From positions 1-51,212 of the IMG/VR virus record IMGVR_UViG_3300048598_000511: a DNA stretch of 51,212 bases, one strand, 5' to 3'. Below, piece after piece: positions 44,298 to 51,212 of this stretch. A program made the translations under genes and the position numbers. Origin of the DNA: a virus. Taxonomy: Duplodnaviria; Caudoviricetes. Each line of letters begins with the position of its first letter. The first letter of the stretch is position 1. The notes below the pieces were generated by a model. It did not search any database. It worked only from the letters and a program-made list of their open reading frames with translations, and was not told where the DNA came from.

Positions 44298-45344
44298 ATG
44301 ATGGCCAATCCGTCTAGCCGCTGGGATTTCGTGCCCGTCTGGGGCGTCTACCTCAATCCGGTCACTGACGCGGCCTCCGCGGGCGAGGTCACGTTCGCAC
44401 TGTCGTCCCGCATAACCCGGGTCGATGGCCGGCTCATCTACCCTGACGGCGCCACTGTCAGGGTGGCGATCGGTGATAGCACGGGGCAGGACTCGACGGT
44501 CCGTGAAGCGGTCAGGGCCGCGTGGCGTGCCGCCGATAGTGCCCTGCCCGGCTTCGACGGCTCGGCGTGGGACGTGTGGTGGTCCGACACTGTGGTGCCG
44601 GCCGCGATCTTCACCCGCTTCCCAGCCAGTGATGATCCTGACATCGTGCAGTCCGGCTGGTCCGTGACCGTCTCGGAAGCGCTCGCCTCGGCCCGCGGCA
44701 AGAGCTACAGCATCACCACCCTGCTCGCTCAGCTCGACTCCACGATCCCCGGCATCAATCTGGGTGCTATCGAAGTCCCCCCTGGAAGCCCGACCGTGCC
44801 AGCCCCGATGTACGCCAAGGGGGTGGCTGGGGGTGTGGCCGCTCTCGATGCGGATGGCGATGTGGTCGACGCGGCCGGTGTGAAGGTCGGCGGCGGCTCG
44901 GGCTCGTCCACCGTGGACGGCATCACGGACGCCACTGCGACTGGCAAGGCGGTCATGAAGGCCGCGTCGGCTGCTGCGGGTCGGTCTGCTCTCGGTGCAG
45001 CGGCTGCCACGGATGTCGCTGCGGCTGCTGAGGCTGCTGCAGCGGCCCAGGCGGCCGCGAGCAACGCGGTACGCACCGACACCGCCAGCCAGGGTCTGAC
45101 CGACACGCAGAAAGCCAACGCCAGGGCGAACATCGGGGCGCTGACGAGCGGGGATGTGACCGGGGTCTACGTGTGGCGCTACACCGCCGGCGCGTGGCCG
45201 ACCCTGCCGTCGACCCAGCCTGCCGGGGTGCAGCTGGTGTGGGCGGTGGGCCCGACCGTGCCCGACTCGGGGTCGCTGCCTGCCTGGGTGGGCCTGTCCG
45301 CGGGGCTGGTCCCGCTCCTCTTCGACACCGCCGCAGTCTCCTAG
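44298..45344 (+). CDS. Virion structural/fibre-like protein
   Basis: V.G.YL...G.V.F, PASDDPD, KGVAGGVA.LD, ITDAT.TG, LTDTQKANARANIGA. Confidence 0.7.
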   Translation: MMANPSSRWDFVPVWGVYLNPVTDAASAGEVTFALSSRITRVDGRLIYPDGATVRVAIGDSTGQDSTVREAVRAAWRAADSALPGFDGSAWDVWWSDTVVPAAIFTRFPASDDPDIVQSGWSVTVSEALASARGKSYSITTLLAQLDSTIPGINLGAIEVPPGSPTVPAPMYAKGVAGGVAALDADGDVVDAAGVKVGGGSGSSTVDGITDATATGKAVMKAASAAAGRSALGAAAATDVAAAAEAAAAAQAAASNAVRTDTASQGLTDTQKANARANIGALTSGDVTGVYVWRYTAGAWPTLPSTQPAGVQLVWAVGPTVPDSGSLPAWVGLSAGLVPLLFDTAAVS

Positions 45345-45356
45345 GAAGGCCTGGAC

Positions 45357-46679
45357 ATGACCCTCGCGCAGTGGAAATTCGACGGCTCGGCGTCGGGCAC
45401 TTCGGCGACCGCAGCCCTGACTGGCGCGTCGCTGGTCTCCAAGGGCGGCGGCGCCATGAACTTCCAGGCACTTGCCGCCGCGCACGGGGCGTGCGGGCTG
45501 GAGGCCATCTCCTCGGCCAGCCAGTACAACATTGCCCGATTCCTGGGCACGGCCTCGAACCAGTTCGCGGCGTCGCTGGTCTTCTCGGTGCCGGCTGCTC
45601 CGGTGGGTGCGACGGCGCAGCCTTTCGGGCTCCGCAACTCGACCAATGACACGCTGATCCTCAAGTGGTCGGTGGACACGTCGCTGGCGCTGAAGATGAT
45701 GGACGCGGCCGGTACTCAGATCGGGTCGACCTACACCCTGACGGCAGGCACCAAGTACCGCGTGGAGATCGTCGGCACGGGCGCATCCACCACAGCCGGT
45801 GCGGCGACGGTGCACCTGTACACCCTGTCAGGCGGCACTCTGGTCGCGACCTGGTCGACCACCACCGCCAACATGACCGCGAACACCCCGACGGGCTGGG
45901 AGATCGGCCAGACCTCGTCCGGGTCCGCCTTCACCAGCGCCTTCACCTTCTACTGGGACGATGTCCAGTGGTCTGACGGGGCGACAGCAGAGATCGGGTC
46001 TTTGGGTACCGCGCCGACGGTGACCCTGTCGGCGACCCAGTCGGTGGCGGCGGCTGCGGCGGTGACCTGCACAGCGTCTGCCTCCGATGATGGCAGCATC
46101 TCCTCCTACGCGTGGACGGTGGTGGCCGCCGCCTCCTCCTCGACGCCCACCCTGACCGGTGCGTCGACCTCCTCGGTCAGCTTCACCGCTCCGGCGGTCG
46201 GGAATCTGGTCACCCTGCAGTGTGTGGTGACTGACAACGAGGGCATGGCCACGAGTCGGACGTGCGAGGTGCGGGTGCCGCTGACCGGGTCGACCGCGAT
46301 CCGGACCCTGCCGATCGCCGCCACCTCAGGCTCCTGGTCCAATGTGGGCGGCGCGTCGACGGCAGGCGCGGCGCTGGCTGACGAGTCGGACACGACCTAT
46401 CTGGAGTCGGGGTCGGTGAGCGGCACCGAGCAGGCGCAGCGGCAGCGTCTCCAGCCCGCCACGACCCGGACCGCCGGCACCATGTCGCTGCGGCTCGGCG
46501 CCGACACCGGCACCGTCACCCTCGCTGTCCGCATCCTCGAGGGGGCCACGCTGCGCCAGAACTGGACCCAAACCGCGACCTCCACCCCGACCGACTACGC
46601 CTTCGCGCTGAGCAGCGACACAGTGTCGGCGATCACCGACTGGGGCAACCTCTACGCAGAGGTGGGGGCGACCACATGA
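45357..46679 (+). CDS. Lectin-like + PKD/Ig-domain virion protein
   Basis: YRVE, FYWDDV; ASDDGSISSYAW, FTAP, VTDNEG. Confidence 0.7.
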   Translation: MTLAQWKFDGSASGTSATAALTGASLVSKGGGAMNFQALAAAHGACGLEAISSASQYNIARFLGTASNQFAASLVFSVPAAPVGATAQPFGLRNSTNDTLILKWSVDTSLALKMMDAAGTQIGSTYTLTAGTKYRVEIVGTGASTTAGAATVHLYTLSGGTLVATWSTTTANMTANTPTGWEIGQTSSGSAFTSAFTFYWDDVQWSDGATAEIGSLGTAPTVTLSATQSVAAAAAVTCTASASDDGSISSYAWTVVAAASSSTPTLTGASTSSVSFTAPAVGNLVTLQCVVTDNEGMATSRTCEVRVPLTGSTAIRTLPIAATSGSWSNVGGASTAGAALADESDTTYLESGSVSGTEQAQRQRLQPATTRTAGTMSLRLGADTGTVTLAVRILEGATLRQNWTQTATSTPTDYAFALSSDTVSAITDWGNLYAEVGATT

Positions 46680-48550
46680 GCAAGGCCCGCTGGTATCGGG
46701 CAGCCCTCAACTCGACCAGCAAAGCTCGCTGGTACCGGGGCGAACTGTCGGGCGGCATCTCCAGCAAGGCCCGCTGGTACCGTGCCGCGCTCAGTGGCGC
46801 GTCCGCGGTCAGGGGCTGGCTGTGGACCGGCACCGGCTGGATGCCGCGCACCGCGAAGTACGTCACCCCGGCCGACCTGCCCTGGGTCGCGCCGGCCGCG
46901 GTCGTGGCGGGTGCGGCTGCGCTGGGCTCCACCAGCTATCCCATCCCCACCAGCAATGCGGTGTACCTGTCCACCACAGGCTCAGACTCCGCATCCGGGA
47001 CGGTCGCCGCACCCAAAGCCACCCTCGCCGGCGCGCTCGCCGCGATCAGCGCGGGCGGCACCATCGTCGCCCGTGGCGGCACCTACCTCGACGCTTTCGG
47101 CGAGGGTGCCATCACCAAGAGCTTCACCCTCCAGTCCTACCCGGGCGAAGCCGTCTGGTTCGACGGCTCGGTCGTCCTGACCGGCTGGACGTACGACACG
47201 GCCGCAGGGAAGTGGTGGGCGCCCTCCACCACCGAATGGGACCACTCGGACCCCTCCGGTATCGCCGGCACCCTCAACCCTCTCGCCCTGTGGCGCGACC
47301 TCCTCTTCCGCGACGGCGGGCGCCTCTTCCAGGTCTCCTACCCGCCCGCAGCCGGCCAATTCTCCGTCGACTACGACACCGACCGGGTATGGGTCGGCGA
47401 CGACCCGACCGGCCACGAAATCCGGATCACCACCAAAGCCCGATTCGCCCTCATCCAAGGCCCCGACACCACCCTGCGTGGCATCGGGGTCCGCCGCTAC
47501 ACCACCCCGAGCTGGGGCGGGTCAGTCCAGGTCGTCGACGCCGCGAAACGGACCCGCATCGAGCACTGCCACCTCTACGACATCTCCTCCCTGGCCATCG
47601 ACTCCGACAATGCGGTCATCACCCGCAACACTGTGTCGCGCGGAAACACGATCGGGCTCGGCGGGAATGTGGGCTCCGACTGCGAATGGTCCGCCAATCT
47701 GGTCGAGGGGTCGAACCAGAAGCTGCTGCAGAATCATGTGCCGTCGGCGATGAAGATCACCAAGCACACCCGGCCGATCATCAAGGACAACGTCTTCCGC
47801 GACACCCTGTACGGCATGGGCATCTGGCTTGACGTGTCCTGCTACCAGCCCGTCATCACCGGCAACCTCATCCGCAACAGCGCCGGCAACACCACCACCT
47901 CGGGCAATGGGATCTGGGTCGAGCTCACCGAGGGCGGGCTGATCGCCAACAACCGCTGCTATGGGGTCGGCGACAACGCCAAGTACGGGCTCGCGTCCTA
48001 CAACTCCGGTGGGCAGATCTGGATCAACAACTACGTGGAGGGCTACCGTCTCGGCGGCATCTTCCTCGGCGGCGACACCCGGCGAAACACCAGCGTGTCC
48101 GGCGACGGTATCGACTGGTCCCTCATCCCGTGGTACGACCACGACATCCAGATCATCAACAACGTCCTCGGCCAGAACACGCTGTACTTCCAGCTCCTGA
48201 CGGGCGCGGACGGGCTGACCACGCAGGCGATGGTGACCCGCATCGAAGGCAACCTGTCCTGCTCCCGGCCAGCCGGCGCATCGGTGCACGACGCCCTGGT
48301 CGGCTGGGTCGCGACCGTCGGCGCCAGCCGCACCATCTACACGACCTGGGCCGCCGCGGCCACCGCGTGGCCAGGGCTCGGGCTCGCCAACAACAGGCTC
48401 ACCGGCAACGTGCCGCCCACCACAGGCGACGCGACCACAGCCGCCGCGACCGCCGTGCCACTCGACACCACCACCGCCACCGCACTCGGAGTACCCCTCG
48501 GCTACCAGGCAGTCGGACCCATCCTGCCCGCACCCGTCACCACCACCTGA
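46676..48550 (+). CDS. Right-handed beta-helix protein, putative polysaccharide depolymerase
   Basis: YLSTTGSD..SGT...P, RGGTY, YPGEAVWFDGS, GIWLD, Asn-ladder repeats. Confidence 0.8.
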   Translation: MSKARWYRAALNSTSKARWYRGELSGGISSKARWYRAALSGASAVRGWLWTGTGWMPRTAKYVTPADLPWVAPAAVVAGAAALGSTSYPIPTSNAVYLSTTGSDSASGTVAAPKATLAGALAAISAGGTIVARGGTYLDAFGEGAITKSFTLQSYPGEAVWFDGSVVLTGWTYDTAAGKWWAPSTTEWDHSDPSGIAGTLNPLALWRDLLFRDGGRLFQVSYPPAAGQFSVDYDTDRVWVGDDPTGHEIRITTKARFALIQGPDTTLRGIGVRRYTTPSWGGSVQVVDAAKRTRIEHCHLYDISSLAIDSDNAVITRNTVSRGNTIGLGGNVGSDCEWSANLVEGSNQKLLQNHVPSAMKITKHTRPIIKDNVFRDTLYGMGIWLDVSCYQPVITGNLIRNSAGNTTTSGNGIWVELTEGGLIANNRCYGVGDNAKYGLASYNSGGQIWINNYVEGYRLGGIFLGGDTRRNTSVSGDGIDWSLIPWYDHDIQIINNVLGQNTLYFQLLTGADGLTTQAMVTRIEGNLSCSRPAGASVHDALVGWVATVGASRTIYTTWAAAATAWPGLGLANNRLTGNVPPTTGDATTAAATAVPLDTTTATALGVPLGYQAVGPILPAPVTTT

Positions 48551-48567
48551 CAGCCACCCCCGAAGAC

Positions 48568-48608
48568 AGCGGCCCTCACCATCACGGTGAGGGCCGCTTT
48601 TATGCTTT
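48568..48608. terminator. Intrinsic terminator between convergent units
   Basis: AGCGGCCCTCACC-N5-GGTGAGGGCCGCT then TTTATGCTTT. Confidence 0.85.
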
Positions 48609-48732
48609 CCCCCGGGCAGTGGCGGGGGGCAATCCCTGGCCAGTTGGCGATTGTCGGCTCACCCCCGCATTCGGCGGGGAAGTTGCGCAATCGCCCGTCT
48701 CCGTGGGCTCACCTCCGCTTGGCGGAGAAGTT
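48601..48732 (-). CRISPR. Cas-less mini-array of type I-E-like repeats (2 clear + 1 degenerate), 20- and 21-nt spacers
   Basis: Minus strand AACTTCTCCGCCAAGCGGAGGTGAGCCC (48732-48705) and AACTTCCCCGCCGAATGCGGGGGTGAGCCG (48684-48655); degenerate CCCCCG-N8-CGGGGG hairpin at 48628-48609. Confidence 0.72.
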
Positions 48733-48741
48733 GGCCCGATG

Positions 48742-49317
48742 CTACTCCGGCCCGTCGCCGTCCGCAGCGAATGTGAAGCCAGCCTCACGCAGCCACCGGT
48801 AGATGGTCTGTCGGCTCACGTCCGCAGCACGGCATAGTGGCGCGATCTTCGCCCCTGCCGTGTACGCGTCCGCGACCGCGACCCGCAAGGCCCGTGTCGC
48901 CACCTCCACGCCGGCCGCGGCGTCCACCACACCCTGCAGCGGGGCCGGCCTGCCGCCCTGCACGGTCGGGACGCTGCTGCCAGCACCCCGGCAGACCTCC
49001 GCCATCGTCACGTGCAGCATCCGCCTCCCGGCGATCCGCTCCAGCGCTGCGGTCGCGAGGCCGGTCTCCTCGACATCCAGACCCCACCGCTTGGCGTCGG
49101 CCTTCACGACGTAGCTGGCACCGACCCGGTGCCCGCCGCCGTGGTGGTAGGTCTCGGCGACCAGCTCGCCATCCTCAGCGACGATCACACCACGGCGCGG
49201 GTCACCGATCCGCTTCGCCTCCTCGGCCCACACTGCCAGCGGGCCAGCAGTGTCCGGGTCGCCGCCTGCCCGGGCGATCCGCGCCCGGGCCTGATCAGTG
49301 AAGTACGTGTGGGTCAT
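48742..49317 (-). CDS. Unknown N-terminal domain + C-terminal HTH (Aca-like autoregulator candidate)
   Basis: LRVAVADAYTAGAKIAPLCRAADVSRQTIYRWL. Confidence 0.75.
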   Translation of the reverse strand: MTHTYFTDQARARIARAGGDPDTAGPLAVWAEEAKRIGDPRRGVIVAEDGELVAETYHHGGGHRVGASYVVKADAKRWGLDVEETGLATAALERIAGRRMLHVTMAEVCRGAGSSVPTVQGGRPAPLQGVVDAAAGVEVATRALRVAVADAYTAGAKIAPLCRAADVSRQTIYRWLREAGFTFAADGDGPE

Positions 49318-49607
49318 GACCGGACATACAGCTCGTGACGCAGCGAGCTGATCTGGCGACCGAGCTCGTCGGACGTCCGGATCGCCACGGTGTGCCGCTC
49401 GATCTCCTCAACGGTGAGGTCACGCTCGGCCTCGGTGTCCTTGAAGGCCTTGTCGTCGGCATCGGCAGAGAACTTCGCGGTCTCCAGCACGTACAGCGCC
49501 AGGGCCACGTCGCCGTCGGTGATCCCGGCGAGGGTGGCGTCGTCGTTCGTGCGGTCTGCGCGGACGATCGTCTTGACCAGGGCCTGCGCTTCGGTGGTGC
49601 TCATCAT
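49314..49607 (-). CDS. Small acidic helical protein (Acr candidate)
   Basis: SD GGAAGG, D/E-rich 97 aa, ATGA-coupled to the HTH gene. Confidence 0.7.
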   Translation of the reverse strand: MMSTTEAQALVKTIVRADRTNDDATLAGITDGDVALALYVLETAKFSADADDKAFKDTEAERDLTVEEIERHTVAIRTSDELGRQISSLRHELYVRS

Positions 49608-49638
49608 TTTCGTGCCTTCCTCTTCTTGGTGATTCTTC

Positions 49639-50001
49639 TCAGTAGCGACCGGTGAGGGAGTCGATCATCGAGGAGGCCTGACGGCGGGTGAGGCGGCTCA
49701 GGTCCATGTCGGCGCGCAGGGAGAGGAAGCCGCCTTCGAGGTGCTTGCCGTCGCGGATCAGGGACCGGATGAAGCTGATCTGGCGCTCGGTGGCCATCGG
49801 CTCGGCGGACCGGACGGGGCTCGTCTTGGCCTGCGCGGCCTCCTGGCGGCGGCCCAGCGTCATCTGGATGAAGGCCGCGTCCTTGGTGGTCCACGCGGTC
49901 AGCTCAGCGAAGCTGCCGACGATCCGGCTGCCGAACTCGGCGCGGATGGCCTCGGCGGTGGTGTCGTACTTGGCCGGGTAATCCTTGATCGAGATCTGCA
50001 T
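49639..50001 (-). CDS. Small protein, first gene of leftward operon (Acr candidate)
   Basis: SD AAGGAGG; ATERQISFIRSLI...LTRRQASSMIDSL. Confidence 0.75.
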   Translation of the reverse strand: MQISIKDYPAKYDTTAEAIRAEFGSRIVGSFAELTAWTTKDAAFIQMTLGRRQEAAQAKTSPVRSAEPMATERQISFIRSLIRDGKHLEGGFLSLRADMDLSRLTRRQASSMIDSLTGRY

Positions 50002-50016
50002 GTCGTCCTCCTTGGT

Positions 50017-50056
50017 GTGTAACACCATCATACACACATAGTGTAACGCCATGCAA
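50017..50056 (-). promoter_or_regulatory. Strong sigma-A promoter overlapped by 12-bp direct-repeat operators
   Basis: TTGCAT-N18-TATGAT (with TG upstream of -10); ATGG(C/T)GTTACAC at 50052-50041 and 50028-50017. Confidence 0.8.
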
Positions 50057-50085
50057 CACTTTCGAGGAGAAATCTCGACCGACCT

Positions 50086-50334
50086 TCACCACCTCAGCGA
50101 CCGCCGCACATCCCGCTTCGGCAACCACGACTGCCTGACCGTGCCACCTCGCTGCCACTCCACCTTCACCGCCGCACCATCCACCCACAGCAGATGCGCC
50201 GGCACCACCTCCACATACTGCGGCCACACCAGACGGACCAGCACCAGCAGGCGACGGCCGTCATGACCCGAGCGCCAACCCGGCGGCTCCCACACCGAAT
50301 TGCGAGGGGCCTGGAAGAGCGGGTCGGCAGGCAT
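50086..50334 (-). CDS. Small beta-rich protein, probably SOS-inducible
   Basis: VRLVW...V.VEW......SWLP..DVRR; leaderless ATG 6 nt after TACCTT. Confidence 0.65.
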   Translation of the reverse strand: MPADPLFQAPRNSVWEPPGWRSGHDGRRLLVLVRLVWPQYVEVVPAHLLWVDGAAVKVEWQRGGTVRQSWLPKRDVRRSLRW

Positions 50335-50347
50335 GGATGGAAGGTAA

Positions 50348-50363
50348 TCGAACAAGAGTTCGA
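50348..50363. promoter_or_regulatory. Perfect actinobacterial LexA box
   Basis: TCGAAC-AAGA-GTTCGA. Confidence 0.85.
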
Positions 50364-50377
50364 CACGCTAGGCCGGA

Positions 50378-50800
50378 TCAGCAGTAGGCGAGATCCCGGA
50401 TAACTTCCTCGGCGTCTGCCCGCTCCGCATGAGTATGGGCCGTGTGGTCCTGGGCGATCTCGTGGAGCGCGGCGCTGGTCATCTGGAGCATCGAGACGAA
50501 GAGATCCTGCTCCGGGAGCGGCCCGGTGCCGCGGGCCAGCGAAAGGCCGCCCGCGTGGACACTCAACTCGGCGTCGGCGCCCGCCGAGTTGGCCACGAGG
50601 TATGCCTCCATGTCATCCACCTCGGACGCACACAGGAAGTCTGCCTGCTCCCACGTCAGATCGACGGCGAGCCAGAGATCGAAGGGCTCCGTGTGCCCGA
50701 GCATCAGCCAATGCAGGCGGGGCGAGCCATCTTTGACGTCCAGCCAGGTGGTCGCCCGCCCGTTGTGGTAGTCCAGCACCACACGCTCGTCAGCAGGCAT
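50378..50800 (-). CDS. Acidic hypothetical protein (antitoxin/immunity candidate)
   Basis: SD GGAGG; VLDYHNG motif; directly downstream of 50805-51212 ORF. Confidence 0.6.
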   Translation of the reverse strand: MPADERVVLDYHNGRATTWLDVKDGSPRLHWLMLGHTEPFDLWLAVDLTWEQADFLCASEVDDMEAYLVANSAGADAELSVHAGGLSLARGTGPLPEQDLFVSMLQMTSAALHEIAQDHTAHTHAERADAEEVIRDLAYC

Positions 50801-50804
50801 GCGC

Positions 50805-51212
50805 TCACTCACCTCCCCTGAATGCACGCTCGAATCGTCTCACTTCCAGATAATGCCACGCTTCCACTAGCGAGGGAACAGTGACGCTTATGTGGTTGGG
50901 TACGCGTCGCGTCGGCGTCCTGGTCACGATGAAGCCCTCTAGGCGAAGCCTCCCGACCGTCGTATAGCGCACCGTCGCGTACGGTGGGGCAGCCCTTCGC
51001 AGGACCAGAGCGGCAGCCTCGGACGGCTCCAACCGCCCCTCCAGCAGCGAGATGTCCGTCTCGCCAGAGTCGAACCGCGGCGACTGGCGAAACGGTGGCA
51101 CGCTGATGAGCTGCCCGTACTGGGTCAAGGCGCACCCATCGAGCAACGGCCCCCCATCCGACACCGCCGACACCGCCGGCACCGCCGGCACCGGCAGCAA
51201 ATGGCGGCTCAT
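50805..51212 (-). CDS. Hypothetical protein, possible ADP-ribosyltransferase-like toxin
   Basis: FR.S..D...IS, VRYTTVGRLR..GF.V..TP....PNHISV; start at the window edge is uncertain. Confidence 0.5.
   Translation of the reverse strand: MSRHLLPVPAVPAVSAVSDGGPLLDGCALTQYGQLISVPPFRQSPRFDSGETDISLLEGRLEPSEAAALVLRRAAPPYATVRYTTVGRLRLEGFIVTRTPTRRVPNHISVTVPSLVEAWHYLEVRRFERAFRGGE

Larger units (their letters stand above)
98..51212. mobile_element. Temperate siphovirus-type actinobacterial prophage integrated at tRNA-Ala; right end not reached
   Basis: att/tRNA fragment, integrase, immunity, early, packaging, head, tail and lysis modules in canonical order. Confidence 0.93.

Noticed and set aside
48576-48591. 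Extra repressor operator (TCACC-N5-GGTGA)
   Set aside because: Explained by the terminator stem; outer GT/AC bases are missing
48601-48732. IS200/IS605 or IscB-type end hairpins
   Set aside because: No tnpA/tnpB/iscB nearby; the conserved 8-nt GTGAGCC(C/G) handle fits I-E repeats better, though this alternative is not fully excluded
51160-51196. 9-bp (A/G)CACCGCCG repeats
   Set aside because: Short low-complexity run at the window edge; no supportable function, but it makes the ORF start uncertain

Overview
This window is almost entirely one temperate, high-GC actinobacterial siphovirus-type prophage. It begins at an att site formed by the 3' half of a tRNA-Ala(CGC) (98-144, minus strand) and runs off the right edge; the intact tRNA and second att copy are not in the window. 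Gene order: tyrosine integrase; lysogeny cassette (two envelope proteins, three short XRE HTH proteins, three palindromic operators); a long rightward early operon (BRO antirepressor, excisionase, YqaJ exonuclease, beta-clamp-like protein, PAPS-reductase-like PP-loop protein, adenine methyltransferase, replication-initiator-like gene with repeats, nucleotidyltransferase); a LexA-box-controlled HTH and late promoter with a highly structured leader; HNH/terminase/portal/capsid/tail genes with a -1 chaperone frameshift; an unusual peptidase-EEP endolysin and holin; a post-lysis adhesin/depolymerase module; and leftward accessory genes. The most notable signal is at 48.6-50.4 kb. A leftward operon has a strong promoter overlapped by direct repeats, two small unknown proteins and an HTH protein, and it ends in a mini-array of type I-E CRISPR-like repeats with 20-21 nt spacers. 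No cas genes are present. This is a candidate combined protein and RNA anti-CRISPR (Acr/Aca/Racr-like) or Cascade-hijacking module, possibly SOS-coupled. All product calls come from motif recognition by eye, not from database searches.
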